DNA of 64,000 bases, from IMG/VR virus record IMGVR_UViG_3300028042_000003, positions 42,166-106,165 of that record; one strand, written 5' to 3'. A program made the translations under genes and the position numbers. Under the pieces are notes generated by a model. The model did no database searches. It had not been told where the DNA came from and saw only the letters and a list, made by a program, of their open reading frames with translations. Below are positions 38,662 through 49,901 of this stretch, in pieces. This stretch comes from a virus. Every line of letters begins with the position of its first letter. The first letter of the stretch is position 1.

Positions 38662-38973
38662 CTACTGTGCTGGTTCTTCTGGTTCTGGTTGGTCTTCTGG
38701 TTCTGGTTGATCTTCGGTTAGAGATACAGAATATGCAGCATCTAATGTGTCCATAATTTCAGCGGCGTATGCCTTTGCTTCGTCTATAGTTACATCAACC
38801 ACTGTATAGGTTGTATCAACCCATCTAAAACTTGTCGCTCCAATATTTATTTTTGTGTTCATTTTGATACAAAACATTGTCGCTATTTCTTCATTGAACC
38901 AAAACCTATTGTCGCTTGTAACTCTTCCTTTCACTAGTATAGTGTCTCTTAGCATTCTGTCTAGTTCTGTCAT
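38662..38973 (-). CDS. Hypothetical late protein with C-terminal EDQPEP repeat
   Basis: Ends EDQPEPEDQPEPEEPAQ, encoded by an 18-bp tandem repeat. Confidence 0.55.
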   Translation of the reverse strand: MTELDRMLRDTILVKGRVTSDNRFWFNEEIATMFCIKMNTKINIGATSFRWVDTTYTVVDVTIDEAKAYAAEIMDTLDAAYSVSLTEDQPEPEDQPEPEEPAQ

Positions 38974-39800
38974 TAGTTTATTTCCTTTATGTATATGGTT
39001 GCGTAATTTTGGTCACTTGCCCAAGTCTGTAATGCGCCTCTACTTCCTAATCCATTGCTGGTGGTGTTTATATCATGACTTTTGTTCACGAGAGTCCATC
39101 CACTATAGGTTCTAGCGGTTAGCTCTACTCGAAGTGTGTAATCTGCCGTCAGATTTAGATGTTTTGTGATATCTAAAACTTTACTAGAAACATAAGTTGC
39201 TATTGTAGACGCTTTATAAGACATTGATGCTCCACCATAACCTTCGTTTCCTAGGTTATACCAAGTTCCGTTTACTTCGATGTTTGTGTTGACATACAAC
39301 CCACCCCAGTCTTGTCCATCATGTCTAGTAGGAATATTTAGCCCTAGTTCTATTTTTTTCTTGTGATTTATTGTATAGGTGTTGCTTATCATTAGCTGAC
39401 GTGCCGCTTTATTGTTGAAAGATTTGTTTCCTTTATCCACATACACAAATGAATTACCAGCTACAAGATCTTCTCCTTTTGGGCCTTTGGCTCCTTTTGC
39501 TCCCTTAGGACCTTTATCTCCCTTTTCTCCCTTATAGATAACCCAAAAACCAGTTTGATTAGTATCAGCTTGGTCACCTGAATTAGCACCCTTTTCAAAA
39601 ACATACTGCTCTTTAGTATCCTTTACTAGTCTAATTTCAAAATCTTCTGGGTTGAGTATACCTTCTAGTTCTGTTATGTTAGCTACTGGTCTTCCTCGTT
39701 TGGAGCTATGGTTTAGCTCTTCGATTGCTATATTTATTTTTTTTCTTGCTGATTGTCCAGTTTCGCTATCTGGCATCAACAACTTTAGTGGTTTTGACAT
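38973..39800 (-). CDS. Fibre/spike protein with short collagen-like repeat
   Basis: KGEKGDKGPKGAKGAKGPKGE followed by a beta-rich C-terminal domain. Confidence 0.65.
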   Translation of the reverse strand: MSKPLKLLMPDSETGQSARKKINIAIEELNHSSKRGRPVANITELEGILNPEDFEIRLVKDTKEQYVFEKGANSGDQADTNQTGFWVIYKGEKGDKGPKGAKGAKGPKGEDLVAGNSFVYVDKGNKSFNNKAARQLMISNTYTINHKKKIELGLNIPTRHDGQDWGGLYVNTNIEVNGTWYNLGNEGYGGASMSYKASTIATYVSSKVLDITKHLNLTADYTLRVELTARTYSGWTLVNKSHDINTTSNGLGSRGALQTWASDQNYATIYIKEIN

Positions 39801-39811
39801 AGTTTTCCTTT

Positions 39812-40015
39812 TTAGTTATCTCTAAACATTTTACAGTCCGCTTTCCATGGACTGTTTTCTTTATATTTTGTTCCGGATGTTCCACCCACTGAGTTTCTAC
39901 ATTTAGATTTGTTTGTGGGTAACGCGCCTATACCAAAAATAGTATTATTAGCCAAAGATTGTCCTTCAGCTGATGGTAACGCAAACTCAATATTTCCCGT
40001 TTTTATGCCCAACAT
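39812..40015 (-). CDS. Small hypothetical late protein
   Basis: AAGGA RBS; in line with the late operon. Confidence 0.5.
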   Translation of the reverse strand: MLGIKTGNIEFALPSAEGQSLANNTIFGIGALPTNKSKCRNSVGGTSGTKYKENSPWKADCKMFRDN

Positions 40016-40024
40016 TTTTATTCC

Positions 40025-41194
40025 TTATGGTTTTATAATTGATTCCGCGAATTCAACTTCACAACTCATTACAAAACTACTCGTATTGTCAACAGTTGAA
40101 ATAATTTCTGGCTCTACTTGTGAATCATCGTATGTGTCAAGTGGATTTGTTACAAATGCATCACGTACTTTATACCAAACAGTAGGTTCGCCAGTTTGAT
40201 AATCTTCTGTTTGAACAAGATATTCTTTGTAAGGACAATAATATATAGATGCTGAATCAGCTTCAGATCCTTGGTATCCCATAATAATTTGTCCTCTTGA
40301 TTCTGAGTAAGTTTCTGGAGTCATACCACCAGTTACTTTTGGTGGAATAGTATTTGGTTGTGGTAACTTACTAAAATCGTATTGGAAAACATCAATATCG
40401 CCCATAGTCAAAACATATCCGTTTTGTTTATCTGATGGTATTCTTCTTCCATCATCAAATGCTTCAGCACCTGAACTCATAGTAGAACCAATAGTTGAAC
40501 TTATAAAAGCCGCTATTCTAGGAGAAACTAAAATCCATGGTTGACCTGATTTACCAGTTGCTTTGAACAAGCCTTCTCTCAGTTCGCCAATAGCACCAAA
40601 TATATTAGTAGATTCTGCGTATGTGGTAATATCAACTGTTCCCTTCCGAGTGGAAATTTGAAGTAACCATTCAACGAAATCGAAGTTTATTTTATCTGCT
40701 ACTCTTCTCATACCAGTATTCAAGAAGAAAGAAGCCAGTGATTTGTTAGGTCCATTCCATACTTCCCCACCTGACTTTTGAAAGGCACTAAAGTTTTCTT
40801 TGAATTCAGTTCCAAAAAGTTGTTGAATATCTGTAGCTGCTTCCGTAGTCATTTTTAGCTCAACTGATCTAATTTTAGTGTCTACAAGTTTTCTAGTTAT
40901 TACTTCATCTTGTTCTGAGTTTGCATCTAAAGACGAAATTTGTGTTTCATCTCTTTGAACAAGCCCAAAAACAAACCCAGAAGGGCCTTGAAGTGGTTGG
41001 TTATACCCAATCATTGCTGGTAAACTTAGACTAATTGCTGTTCTTGCTATCTTTATGAGTGGAGCTGTTTGTGCGATATCTGTGGTGTTTGTGTCACCCT
41101 CTGAACCTGGTGGTGTTGTTCCACCTCCGATTCCATCAAATCCTGCTTCCGCTTCTTGTAGATCTACGATGTTTTCTGATAAAATTCTTTCCAT
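40025..41194 (-). CDS. Capsid-fold protein (T4 gp23/gp24 family), paralog B
   Basis: QPLQGPSGFVFGL resembles gp23 QPMxGPTGxxF; IIMGYQGSEADSASIYYCPY resembles gp23 GY.G.....AGxFYCPY. Confidence 0.75.
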   Translation of the reverse strand: MERILSENIVDLQEAEAGFDGIGGGTTPPGSEGDTNTTDIAQTAPLIKIARTAISLSLPAMIGYNQPLQGPSGFVFGLVQRDETQISSLDANSEQDEVITRKLVDTKIRSVELKMTTEAATDIQQLFGTEFKENFSAFQKSGGEVWNGPNKSLASFFLNTGMRRVADKINFDFVEWLLQISTRKGTVDITTYAESTNIFGAIGELREGLFKATGKSGQPWILVSPRIAAFISSTIGSTMSSGAEAFDDGRRIPSDKQNGYVLTMGDIDVFQYDFSKLPQPNTIPPKVTGGMTPETYSESRGQIIMGYQGSEADSASIYYCPYKEYLVQTEDYQTGEPTVWYKVRDAFVTNPLDTYDDSQVEPEIISTVDNTSSFVMSCEVEFAESIIKP

Positions 41195-41208
41195 TTATGT
41201 TCCTTTTT

Positions 41209-42378
41209 TTATGGTTTGATTAGTTTGTCTGAGAATATAATATCAGCTTGCATAATGAATGAACTTTTATTGTTTCCTGGAATTGCTTGTGTGTTTGTTC
41301 CTAATTCCACCTCAGTGATACTAGAATCGTATGTGTCAAGTGGGTTTGTTTCCCATGTGTCTCGCACTTTATAAAATATTTTACTTTGACCATCGAAGTA
41401 GTCTTCACCACCTTGTACTATTGTTTCATTATATGGCATATAATAAACAGATGATGTGCCAGCGTTTCCTCTGTATCCCATATAAATTACACCTTTATCT
41501 TCAGAATCAGATGCTGTTCCGCCAGTTACATTGCCGTAAAAATCATGTTGAAAAACTTTTATGTCCCCTATTGTAGTGACATAACCATTTTCGACACCTT
41601 TTGGGTTTATTTTACCACTTGTGAATATATCGGCATCTGAGTGTTGAGCACCGTAATATGTGCTAAGGTAAGATCCAATTTTTGGAGAAACTAAGATCCA
41701 ATATTGACCTGATTTACCAGTCGCTTTGAACAAGCTTTCTCTTAGTTCAGCTATTACACCAATAATTTCTTCCATAGCCGACCAATTAGCTATAGTAGCT
41801 TTACCTTTTTTAGTTGCCACATCAGCAATCCAATCAGTAAAATCTTTATTGATTTTAGATACAATTCTTTGTCTAGCCATACTCAAGAAGAATCTTGCTA
41901 GTTCGCCATTAGGTCCATTCCATACTTCCCCACCCGTTTGGATAAAGTTGTCATAGTTTTCTGGAAAATCACTACCAAATAAGTTTTGGATGTCCTGGGC
42001 TGTTTCGTTTGTTATGTCTAAAATTACTTCTCGGACTTGAGTTTCTGCTAATTTTCTTATTACCACAACGTCATCAACATCAGTGGGTATTTGTGTTCTG
42101 TCTTTCTGTTGAAGACCAAAAACGTACCCAACACTAGAAACCATAGGCTGAACATATGAAATCATATACGGTAAGCTTACAGAAATAGCATTCTTAGTCA
42201 TGATAGTTTTAGGTGCAGTTTTCGCAATATCAGTGGTTACTGTTGCTTGTTGTGATGATGTTGTTGTAGGTGTAACATTTTGAGGTTGACCAGTTCTTGG
42301 GTTCAGAGATGGTTGTGCTATTTGGTCAAAACCTTCTGATTCTTGTATCTGGTGTTCAAAGAGTATTTTTTCGCTCAT
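41209..42378 (-). CDS. Capsid-fold protein (T4 gp23/gp24 family), paralog A
   Basis: VQPMVSSVGYVFGL; IYMGYRGNAGTSSVYYMPY; late promoter at 42400-42407. Confidence 0.75.
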   Translation of the reverse strand: MSEKILFEHQIQESEGFDQIAQPSLNPRTGQPQNVTPTTTSSQQATVTTDIAKTAPKTIMTKNAISVSLPYMISYVQPMVSSVGYVFGLQQKDRTQIPTDVDDVVVIRKLAETQVREVILDITNETAQDIQNLFGSDFPENYDNFIQTGGEVWNGPNGELARFFLSMARQRIVSKINKDFTDWIADVATKKGKATIANWSAMEEIIGVIAELRESLFKATGKSGQYWILVSPKIGSYLSTYYGAQHSDADIFTSGKINPKGVENGYVTTIGDIKVFQHDFYGNVTGGTASDSEDKGVIYMGYRGNAGTSSVYYMPYNETIVQGGEDYFDGQSKIFYKVRDTWETNPLDTYDSSITEVELGTNTQAIPGNNKSSFIMQADIIFSDKLIKP

Positions 42379-42990
42379 TGTATTCCTTATCTTTTTACTT
42401 ATTTATACTTCCTTTAATGTGTTTCAAAGGTATATTATGTTATAATAGTACATAAAAGGATAATAATGAAAGTTCAACTAAAACCAGAAATTTGTAGCGC
42501 ATGGGACGAATATGACTCAAGATGTGGTATGACCTCAGGTATTTGGTACGATATGAAAACTGTACCAAAAGATTTACCAGGTTTGGATGCTTTAGATAAC
42601 CCTGGAGTAGATGTTATTATCCAAAACCCAGAAACACCAGATGAAGCATGGTTTGAGTTATCAGATCTCATTGGTGAAGACGGCGAAATAAACCAAAAAA
42701 ATTATCCAGAATTATATATATAAAGGAACAAAATGAAAGTTCAACTAAAACCATTGATATGTGGAGATTGGCCACCTGGAGACACCAGGTATAATTTGAA
42801 ACCAGGTGTTCAGTATGATATGCACATAACAGAACCTGATTGGGATGGGGATAAGCACATTGCTGCGTTAGCAAATCCCAATAAAAATAGTTCAGAACAC
42901 GCCTATTTCAAACTAGAAGATCTTATAGGCCCAGGTGGATTGGAAGTATCTCAAAAAAATTATCCAGAATTATATCTATAAAGGAACAAG

Positions 42991-43440
42991 ATGATAAGAC
43001 CGACTCGTTTGAATTACAAATTTTTTAGATCATTACTATGGCACCAAAATAAACATCACAAGCATGGCGTTTTTGCGCATTCTTTGAAAGTAGTTTACTA
43101 CCTAATGACGGTAAATAGATATGATTTGGTACCTGCTGGTTTTTTACATGATATTGGTAAGCCATTTGTAGCTTACCAAAAAGACGAAGACAAAGCTTCA
43201 GGTGATTATAGCTTTACCAACCATGAGGAGATCAGTTACCGCCTGATAAAAAACTTCGCTAGTGACAAAACCTGCGAAATGGTAAGATATCACTACCACA
43301 TTAGAGCAATGCAAAAAGCAAAAGAACGTAATCAAATTGGCAAATACAACCGTTACAAAAGACAATACGATAAACTGTCAACAGAGACAAAAGCGGATCT
43401 TAGAGTATTCCTAGCAGCCGATGATTGTGGTAAATTATGA
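42991..43440 (+). CDS. HD-domain phosphohydrolase
   Basis: HHKHGVFAHSLKV...GFLHDIGKP...HEEISY...RYH...ADD. Confidence 0.8.
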   Translation: MIRPTRLNYKFFRSLLWHQNKHHKHGVFAHSLKVVYYLMTVNRYDLVPAGFLHDIGKPFVAYQKDEDKASGDYSFTNHEEISYRLIKNFASDKTCEMVRYHYHIRAMQKAKERNQIGKYNRYKRQYDKLSTETKADLRVFLAADDCGKL

Positions 43441-45032
43441 TTGCCAAACCAGAATTTGATATCAACAAAATCAATGCTGGTGATACCGTCAAATGGAAAG
43501 ACTTAGGTGGAACGATATGGAAATCTCAGGTTATTGAAGTCAATTTGAAGCTTGGTACTGTCACTGTTGATTATGTCAACAGTTCAATAATTCTGTTAGC
43601 TTATAGAATACTTGACTGGTACACTAAAGAATCTCATCCGGAGTATTACTTATGATAATAGGAAGAGAAAGAATAGAAATAAGAAAAGTAAGAATCAAAT
43701 CACTGAAGCAAATCATAATGGACTCCAAAGGATTGTTACATGACACCCAGGTTAGACAATCAACTATAGACCAGAGTTCATTAGTTTTTGTGCCAGAAAT
43801 GGAACATCTATGTGGAACTGTTATTGATACCAATAGCTTATTTACTATTGGTAGCATCAAAGCTTGGAAAATAGATGAGTGGATGATAGCAGAAGAAATC
43901 ACCCAAGAAGATTATCCGGAGTATTACCTATGATAAAAGCAGACCTAATACACAAACATTGGTATCACGTCAGGTTGGGTATAGGACCTGAGGTAGTACC
44001 ACTACAACACGCCAAAGCATACGGGCCACCTAATACTGCTTGGTTTATTGGACCTAAAAAAAGTGTTCATATAAGCAGAATAGTAAAACATCTCTCACCA
44101 GATGATTACCCAGAATATTATCTATAAAGGAAAATTATGTCAAGAAATCTTATACTAGAAAGAAATGTAGGAACTTATTACTCCGTCAATGATGAGCTTT
44201 ATATTTTAGAAACATTTTCAGATGACCCAAGCACAGTGGTAGGAAGTTTGAGCTATCCAGGTCGGTTATTCAAAATGCATACCGTTTACCCAATAGTGCT
44301 TAGGGTTAGCAAAAATGGAATTACTGCTAGTGGGGATACCGCGTTTGAAGAGAATAAAGAAACTCACCCAGAACATTACCTCTAGGTTTAATGTTCGTGT
44401 AAGGTATATTATGTTATAATAGTATAACAAGAAACAGAAGGAGAACATATGAAACAAGGAATAATAAATCAACAGAATTTAGTATTTATTGAGTCAGCTT
44501 GGTATAATACGGTAGGTTTTGTGTTAGCCCAAGATGCTATTACCAGAGAATACAAATGCTACACCCACAAATTAGGTGGTGACCGTAATGACGATTACAC
44601 AGAAGATCAAGATATCAATAAGATACTTGCACATGGGAGTTACTTTCCACTTGAAGCGGCGAAAGCAATTTTTGCTTATGACACCAATAAGGATTTCATT
44701 TACGAAAATCCAGAATTATATCTATAAAGGAAAATTATGAAACTAAGACTAAAATACAACAAAATACTAGACTCATACTACATTGAGGAAAACTATGGAT
44801 TCTTCTTTTGGTCGCATGTTCAAGGACCATCGTTTACAATCGAGCCAAGACCAAATAGCGATAAAAAGTTAGTGTTCCCAGATCTACCAAGACCGTCAAT
44901 GCCAACTTTTGATGGTGGGTGGTACTTCAAAAACTATGACATAGCTTTACAAGGAATGCGAGATATGCTAACAGAATGTGAAAAAGCCAACGCAAAAGCT
45001 AAAGCCCACAAAATTACCAAAATGGAGACAAA

Positions 45033-45527
45033 ATGCTAACAAATTTACTAAGAAATGTACCAGGCTCAATCACTTGGATGGTTGTAGTATCAATCTTGAT
45101 GTGGTTCTTTACTTTTCAACTGGGTATCGTTTTAGTTTTGGTCATAATGACCTTCCTTGTTTGGGGTGGAGCAATAGAAGGCCTTCACTTAAATGACGTA
45201 AATTATGGTCATTTTATGCTTCTCGTTTCACTGTCGGTAATTGGCGGTTGGTCTTATTACAAAATTGATACATTCGTAGAATATAACAAAATAGTATCTG
45301 TTCAAAAAGGAACAGATTATAATGTCACGTATGACATAAACTCAGATAACATTACCATAAGACTAGCTACTAAACATAAAATAGTAAAATCTATAACAGT
45401 AAGCAAAGACAACCTAGAAAGAATAAAAGACATCACAGATGGTAAGTTCACCCTAGAAAGAAGAAAGTACAGTACATGGTATTCCCAAAACCTCGGGTTC
45501 GAAACTACATTCAAAATGGATAAATAA
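45033..45527 (+). CDS. Membrane protein with three predicted TM segments
   Basis: Hydrophobic N-terminal ~80 aa. Confidence 0.6.
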   Translation: MLTNLLRNVPGSITWMVVVSILMWFFTFQLGIVLVLVIMTFLVWGGAIEGLHLNDVNYGHFMLLVSLSVIGGWSYYKIDTFVEYNKIVSVQKGTDYNVTYDINSDNITIRLATKHKIVKSITVSKDNLERIKDITDGKFTLERRKYSTWYSQNLGFETTFKMDK

Positions 45528-48482
45528 TGAACAATTACACCCAAGAAAAAACTAGACTTTTATTGGTAAATCAAATATCAATAAAAACATTAGCAGATCA
45601 CATCCAAAGTGGTGGATATCTAACAAGTCCATTTATGGAGCTTTTCAAAGATTATCTAAATGAGGTGTCTCCAGTGATGTTCCCTTTAGCTGTTCCACTT
45701 GGAATTATAGAAATCTTAGTGTTGAAATATCGTCTAAAAAATGTAAGACAAAAATACCCAGAAAGGTTCCTATGAAAATATTTGGCATAATAAAAAGAAC
45801 ACCTAAGTTCCTAAAAGACACCATCGGTGCATTCACAAAAGAGTGCATAAAGGACTTGTCAAAAGAAGAATACCTAGAGGTCAAAGAAGCTTTTGTAATA
45901 ACACAAGACCAATCACCTAGAGAACAAATAAGAGAAAGTTACAACTTCGGTTGGTTTGGTGAAAATTTAGCTACTGGAGTTATGCAGCTAATGATGTGGT
46001 TTTATGGGTACAAAGCTTGGAGATTTGAGAAAAAATACCCAGAGGAATTACTATGAAAATTGACATTCACTCTACTGACCACCAAAAGTTCAGAGAAATA
46101 GTTTTTGGTGGGTATACTATAAAAACTTACGAAGAAGCTAAGAATTTTGTCAAAGAACTCGAAGGAGACTCAGATGTACAAGAAAATGGATTGTATAATG
46201 CCCTAAGAAACCCAAAAGATAAAAAGATACTAACTTTTTTTCTTTTTATCTTTCTGAAACTAATGATTATCTTTTTAGTATATAAAATAAATAAATTCAG
46301 AAAAAAATACCCAGAGGAGTTATTATGAGAATAAATTTTATAGACCGTGAAAATCCAGAAATGAGTGATTTTTTCATTAGGACAGAAAACATCGCCCAGG
46401 ACATTCCAACAGAATCAAAAACTGGTCTTCTCGAAGTTTGGAAAAGTGAGAAGCTCCAGGAGTACAAAGAAAGAAACATCAAAATACGCGCTTTGGTTGC
46501 TCAAAATAAAGAAACCCTAAAAGAAATAAAAGAAGGGTTCAATGAATTCGTCAAGGAAGAATACCCGGAGATGTTCCTATGAACCTAAAAGCCCTAGAAA
46601 CTCAAATTGTTGATGTATTATCATCTACGCCAACCAATACAACAGGTAAAGCAATTGGTTCGATGTCGACTGAAGAGATAATCCAAGAGTTCAGAGTAGC
46701 TTGTGAGCAAAATCTTGATGTAACTAGGGAATTTATTCTAGTTTATGTGAATCTAAAAAACCCAGAAGCCCAAGAAATAATCCAAGTGGAGTACCCGGAG
46801 TATTTCCTATAACCTTCGTGTAAGGTTAGGTGTGTTATAATAAGTAAAAAAAAGGAGCACCAGTGAAAATAAAAGTAAATGACAGAATCAAAATAAAAGA
46901 TGGTGTTTACTATGTTGAAGATAAGGTTGGTATTGTCAATCATGTGTACAAAGACGAGATACGATGTGATTTTCTTTACACAAAAGGTGACACCCAAAAC
47001 CTAAGAGTAGATCGCAACGATATAGAAGAACATCTAAATAAAGAAACCCATCCAGAGTATTTCCTATGATAGAAGCTATTCAAGGAAACATTTACAGAGT
47101 CAAACTAAGAGAAAATGAACCAGAGGAAAGCTGGATGTTGTGTACAAAAACAGTCAAAACAAAGTATTATTTTGACATACTCAAAACAAATTGTGGTTGG
47201 GAAACTGTAAAGAAAATTTGGTACACAAGAAAAAACTTCAATGAAATTCATGATGTGATTGAAGTTTTCAATCCAACAGATTACCCAGAGTATTTTCTAT
47301 GAGACAAGTAAAAGTAGGAAACATCTATAAAAACCGCTGCGGTCAAGTAGTGAAAATAACCAAAACGAGTGATGAGTTAGCAGACGTGGATGTAATAAAA
47401 AGTAGTAAAAATTTAGACATGGAGCCATATAATTTTTGGATGGCTTCTGGTTCAAGGTGTGATTCAAGCTTATTAGAAATACCACTACACAAACAATCGG
47501 ATGATGATGTGCTAATAGACCAAGTACTAACAAAAGAAGATTATCCAGAATATTACTTATAAGGACTAAAATGGACGAATACAAAAAGAAAGAATTCAAA
47601 AGGTGGACCCAAGCTAAAGTCAACGATGTGGTTGTGTACAATTATGACCCAGAAGAAGACAACACAAACTACATCGGATTGATAAAAAATATCTCCCAAG
47701 AGGGTGTGTACATTGATGATCTTTATTGTATAGAAAATAAAGACGAAAATATAGAAGAACAAATTCTAATAAACGAAACAAATGTAGATATATTTATTTT
47801 GGTAAAGGTATTGTATAACCACAAACCTTTACTAGAAACCATCCAAGAAGATTACCCGGAGTTTTTCCTATGAGACCAGGCGAAGTGTACAGAAACAGAA
47901 GAGGAGACATCGTCCAAATTATGGCAGTAGATAACGATCTTGCGCATCTTGAAGTTATAAAATTCAAGAACCCCAATCAACCTGGACCAAAAAGGTATAA
48001 TTTTTGGTCAAAATCTGGGTCGAGATCATATGGAAGATATAATCACCCAAACGACATCATTGAGCGCCACCAAAAACAAGAGGATGTAATATTGATTATC
48101 TTATCAAAAGAAGATCATCCGGAGTATTACTTATGATAGATAACTTCAAAAAATGGCAAGACCTAAAAGTAGGGGACGTCGTTCTTTACCGATACGACCC
48201 AAAGGATTCAGATGTTTTGTTTATTGCTTGCATCACTGAAAAAACAGAAGAAAAGGTAGAGTTTTATGATATTCATTCGTTTTCTGAATATCTAGAGCCA
48301 GAACCAGAGGTGTTTGTAAACGCTGTGAATGAAGATCATTTTATTCTAGAAAGGGTACTCATGCAAGCACCTTCTATTTTATCGGTGGTAAAAACAAGAT
48401 TTCCGGAGTTATTCCTCTAGGTTTAATGTTCGTGTAAGGTATATTATGTTATAATAGTACATAACAAATAAAAAGGATACAA

Positions 48483-49901
48483 ATGAAAACACAAGAAACT
48501 AAAAATTTACCAATTGATAGAGGACCGTACGAGGAAACTTTTGTCAATATGATGAGTTCACCTAAATATGTACAACAACACTTTTATGCGTTCGTAATTG
48601 CTAAAATGCAAGTATCGATAAACAGAAGTGTTCCAACAGCAGGTGCTGGGTTTTATGATAATAACTATCAATTAGTTATAAATCCAGACTTTTTCAACCC
48701 ACTGCCACTTGAGCAAAGAATGGGTATTCTAATCCACGAAGTAGATCATATTATTTTACAACACCTTGGAAGAAAAGGTGAAAGAGATCATAAATTATTC
48801 AACGTGGCTTGTGATATTGCATTGAACCAAATGATACCAAAAGATTGGTTACCAGATGGTGCTTTATATCCAGAGACTTTCAAATTACCAGATGGTAATT
48901 TTTGGCCAAAAGATCTAACAGCTGAACAGTATTACCAATTAGCTAAAGACGAGAAAGATAAGCAAGAGAAAGAAAAAGACGACCAAGACACAGAAGAAAA
49001 ATGTGATAACTGTGGTGGTTCTGGAGAAGAGCCACAAGACGGTGACCAAGAAGGCGAAGAAGGCGAAGGTGAAGGCCAAGGCGAAGGTGAAGAAAAAGAA
49101 GGTAAAGAACCTTGTAAAGAATGTCAAGGTACAGGTGCTAAACCTGGAACTGGATTCCAACCATCAAATGGTAACCCTAACCTTACTGGACAAGAAGAAA
49201 TCACTATTGATTCACATGATATGTGGGATAAAATGTCAGACGAAGACCAAGAAATGGCTAAAGAGATGATGTCAAAAACATTAGAACAAGCTATGGAAAA
49301 GTCAAGAGGTAACGCTCCAAGTAACATTGAAATGATTATGGAATTATGGAGAAAGAAAGCTAAACTTAGTTGGAAACGTATTTTGAAAAAGTACCTTTCA
49401 AGTAAAAAGGGTCAACGTGTAGCAACAATCAAGAAGAGAAACAGACGTATTAGAACCCTTGGAGTCAAAGGTTCAAAAACAGCGTATGATACTCCAGAAG
49501 TAGTTGTTGGTCTTGATACCAGTGGTTCAATGAGCAACGAAGAAATTGCAGAAGCTTTAGTTGAGATCAACGAAGTATGTAAAATTTCAAACAGTAACTT
49601 GAAATTGGTTCAAATTGACACTACCATAAAAGGTCTAGAAGAGTATGACCCTAAAAAGAAAAACTTCAAAAGACGTGGTTGTGGTGGTACTTACATGGGC
49701 GCAATGGCTAAATTCTTGAAAGATGAAAAGATAAAGTATGATGTGCTAGTAATGATCTCAGATATGTACATTGAAGATGTATCAACAGATGAGAACTGGA
49801 AAGGTCTCAAAAAACCAACACTATGGTTGAACACAAGTGGCGCCGATGTTGAATGGGATGGTCTAAAAAACCACAAAATTTATAACATTAGTGATGCGTA
49901 A
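48483..49901 (+). CDS. VWA-domain protein with N-terminal metallopeptidase-like HExxH domain (MoxR partner)
   Basis: ILIHEVDHII...FNVACDIALNQ; VGLDTSGSMS MIDAS; GCGGT; SDMY. Confidence 0.85.
   Translation: MKTQETKNLPIDRGPYEETFVNMMSSPKYVQQHFYAFVIAKMQVSINRSVPTAGAGFYDNNYQLVINPDFFNPLPLEQRMGILIHEVDHIILQHLGRKGERDHKLFNVACDIALNQMIPKDWLPDGALYPETFKLPDGNFWPKDLTAEQYYQLAKDEKDKQEKEKDDQDTEEKCDNCGGSGEEPQDGDQEGEEGEGEGQGEGEEKEGKEPCKECQGTGAKPGTGFQPSNGNPNLTGQEEITIDSHDMWDKMSDEDQEMAKEMMSKTLEQAMEKSRGNAPSNIEMIMELWRKKAKLSWKRILKKYLSSKKGQRVATIKKRNRRIRTLGVKGSKTAYDTPEVVVGLDTSGSMSNEEIAEALVEINEVCKISNSNLKLVQIDTTIKGLEEYDPKKKNFKRRGCGGTYMGAMAKFLKDEKIKYDVLVMISDMYIEDVSTDENWKGLKKPTLWLNTSGADVEWDGLKNHKIYNISDA

Larger units (their letters stand above)
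42466..48420 (+). other. Array 2: 21 small ORFs, 18 ending PExxL/I-stop (42466, 42733, 43437, 43652, 43930, 44137, 44449, 45527, 45772, 46053, 46325, 46579, 46863, 47066, 47299, 47571, 47870, 48133); untagged: 42991, 44737, 45033
   Basis: C-termini e.g. YPELYI, YPELYL, HPEYYL, HPEHYL, NPELYL, YPERFL, YPEELL, YPEMFL, YPEFFL, FPELFL; internal long-class promoters at 42413, 44387, 46808. Confidence 0.9.

Noticed and set aside
38662-38725. EDQPEP repeat as related to the PExxL tag
   Set aside because: It is an internal low-complexity tandem repeat on a late minus-strand gene and does not end in PExxL.
42466-48420. PExxL as merely a by-product of Shine-Dalgarno plus ATGA overlap
   Set aside because: Partly true for coupled genes, but more than ten uncoupled genes keep the peptide, mostly with non-SD codons and TAA/TAG stops, so it is not a sufficient explanation.
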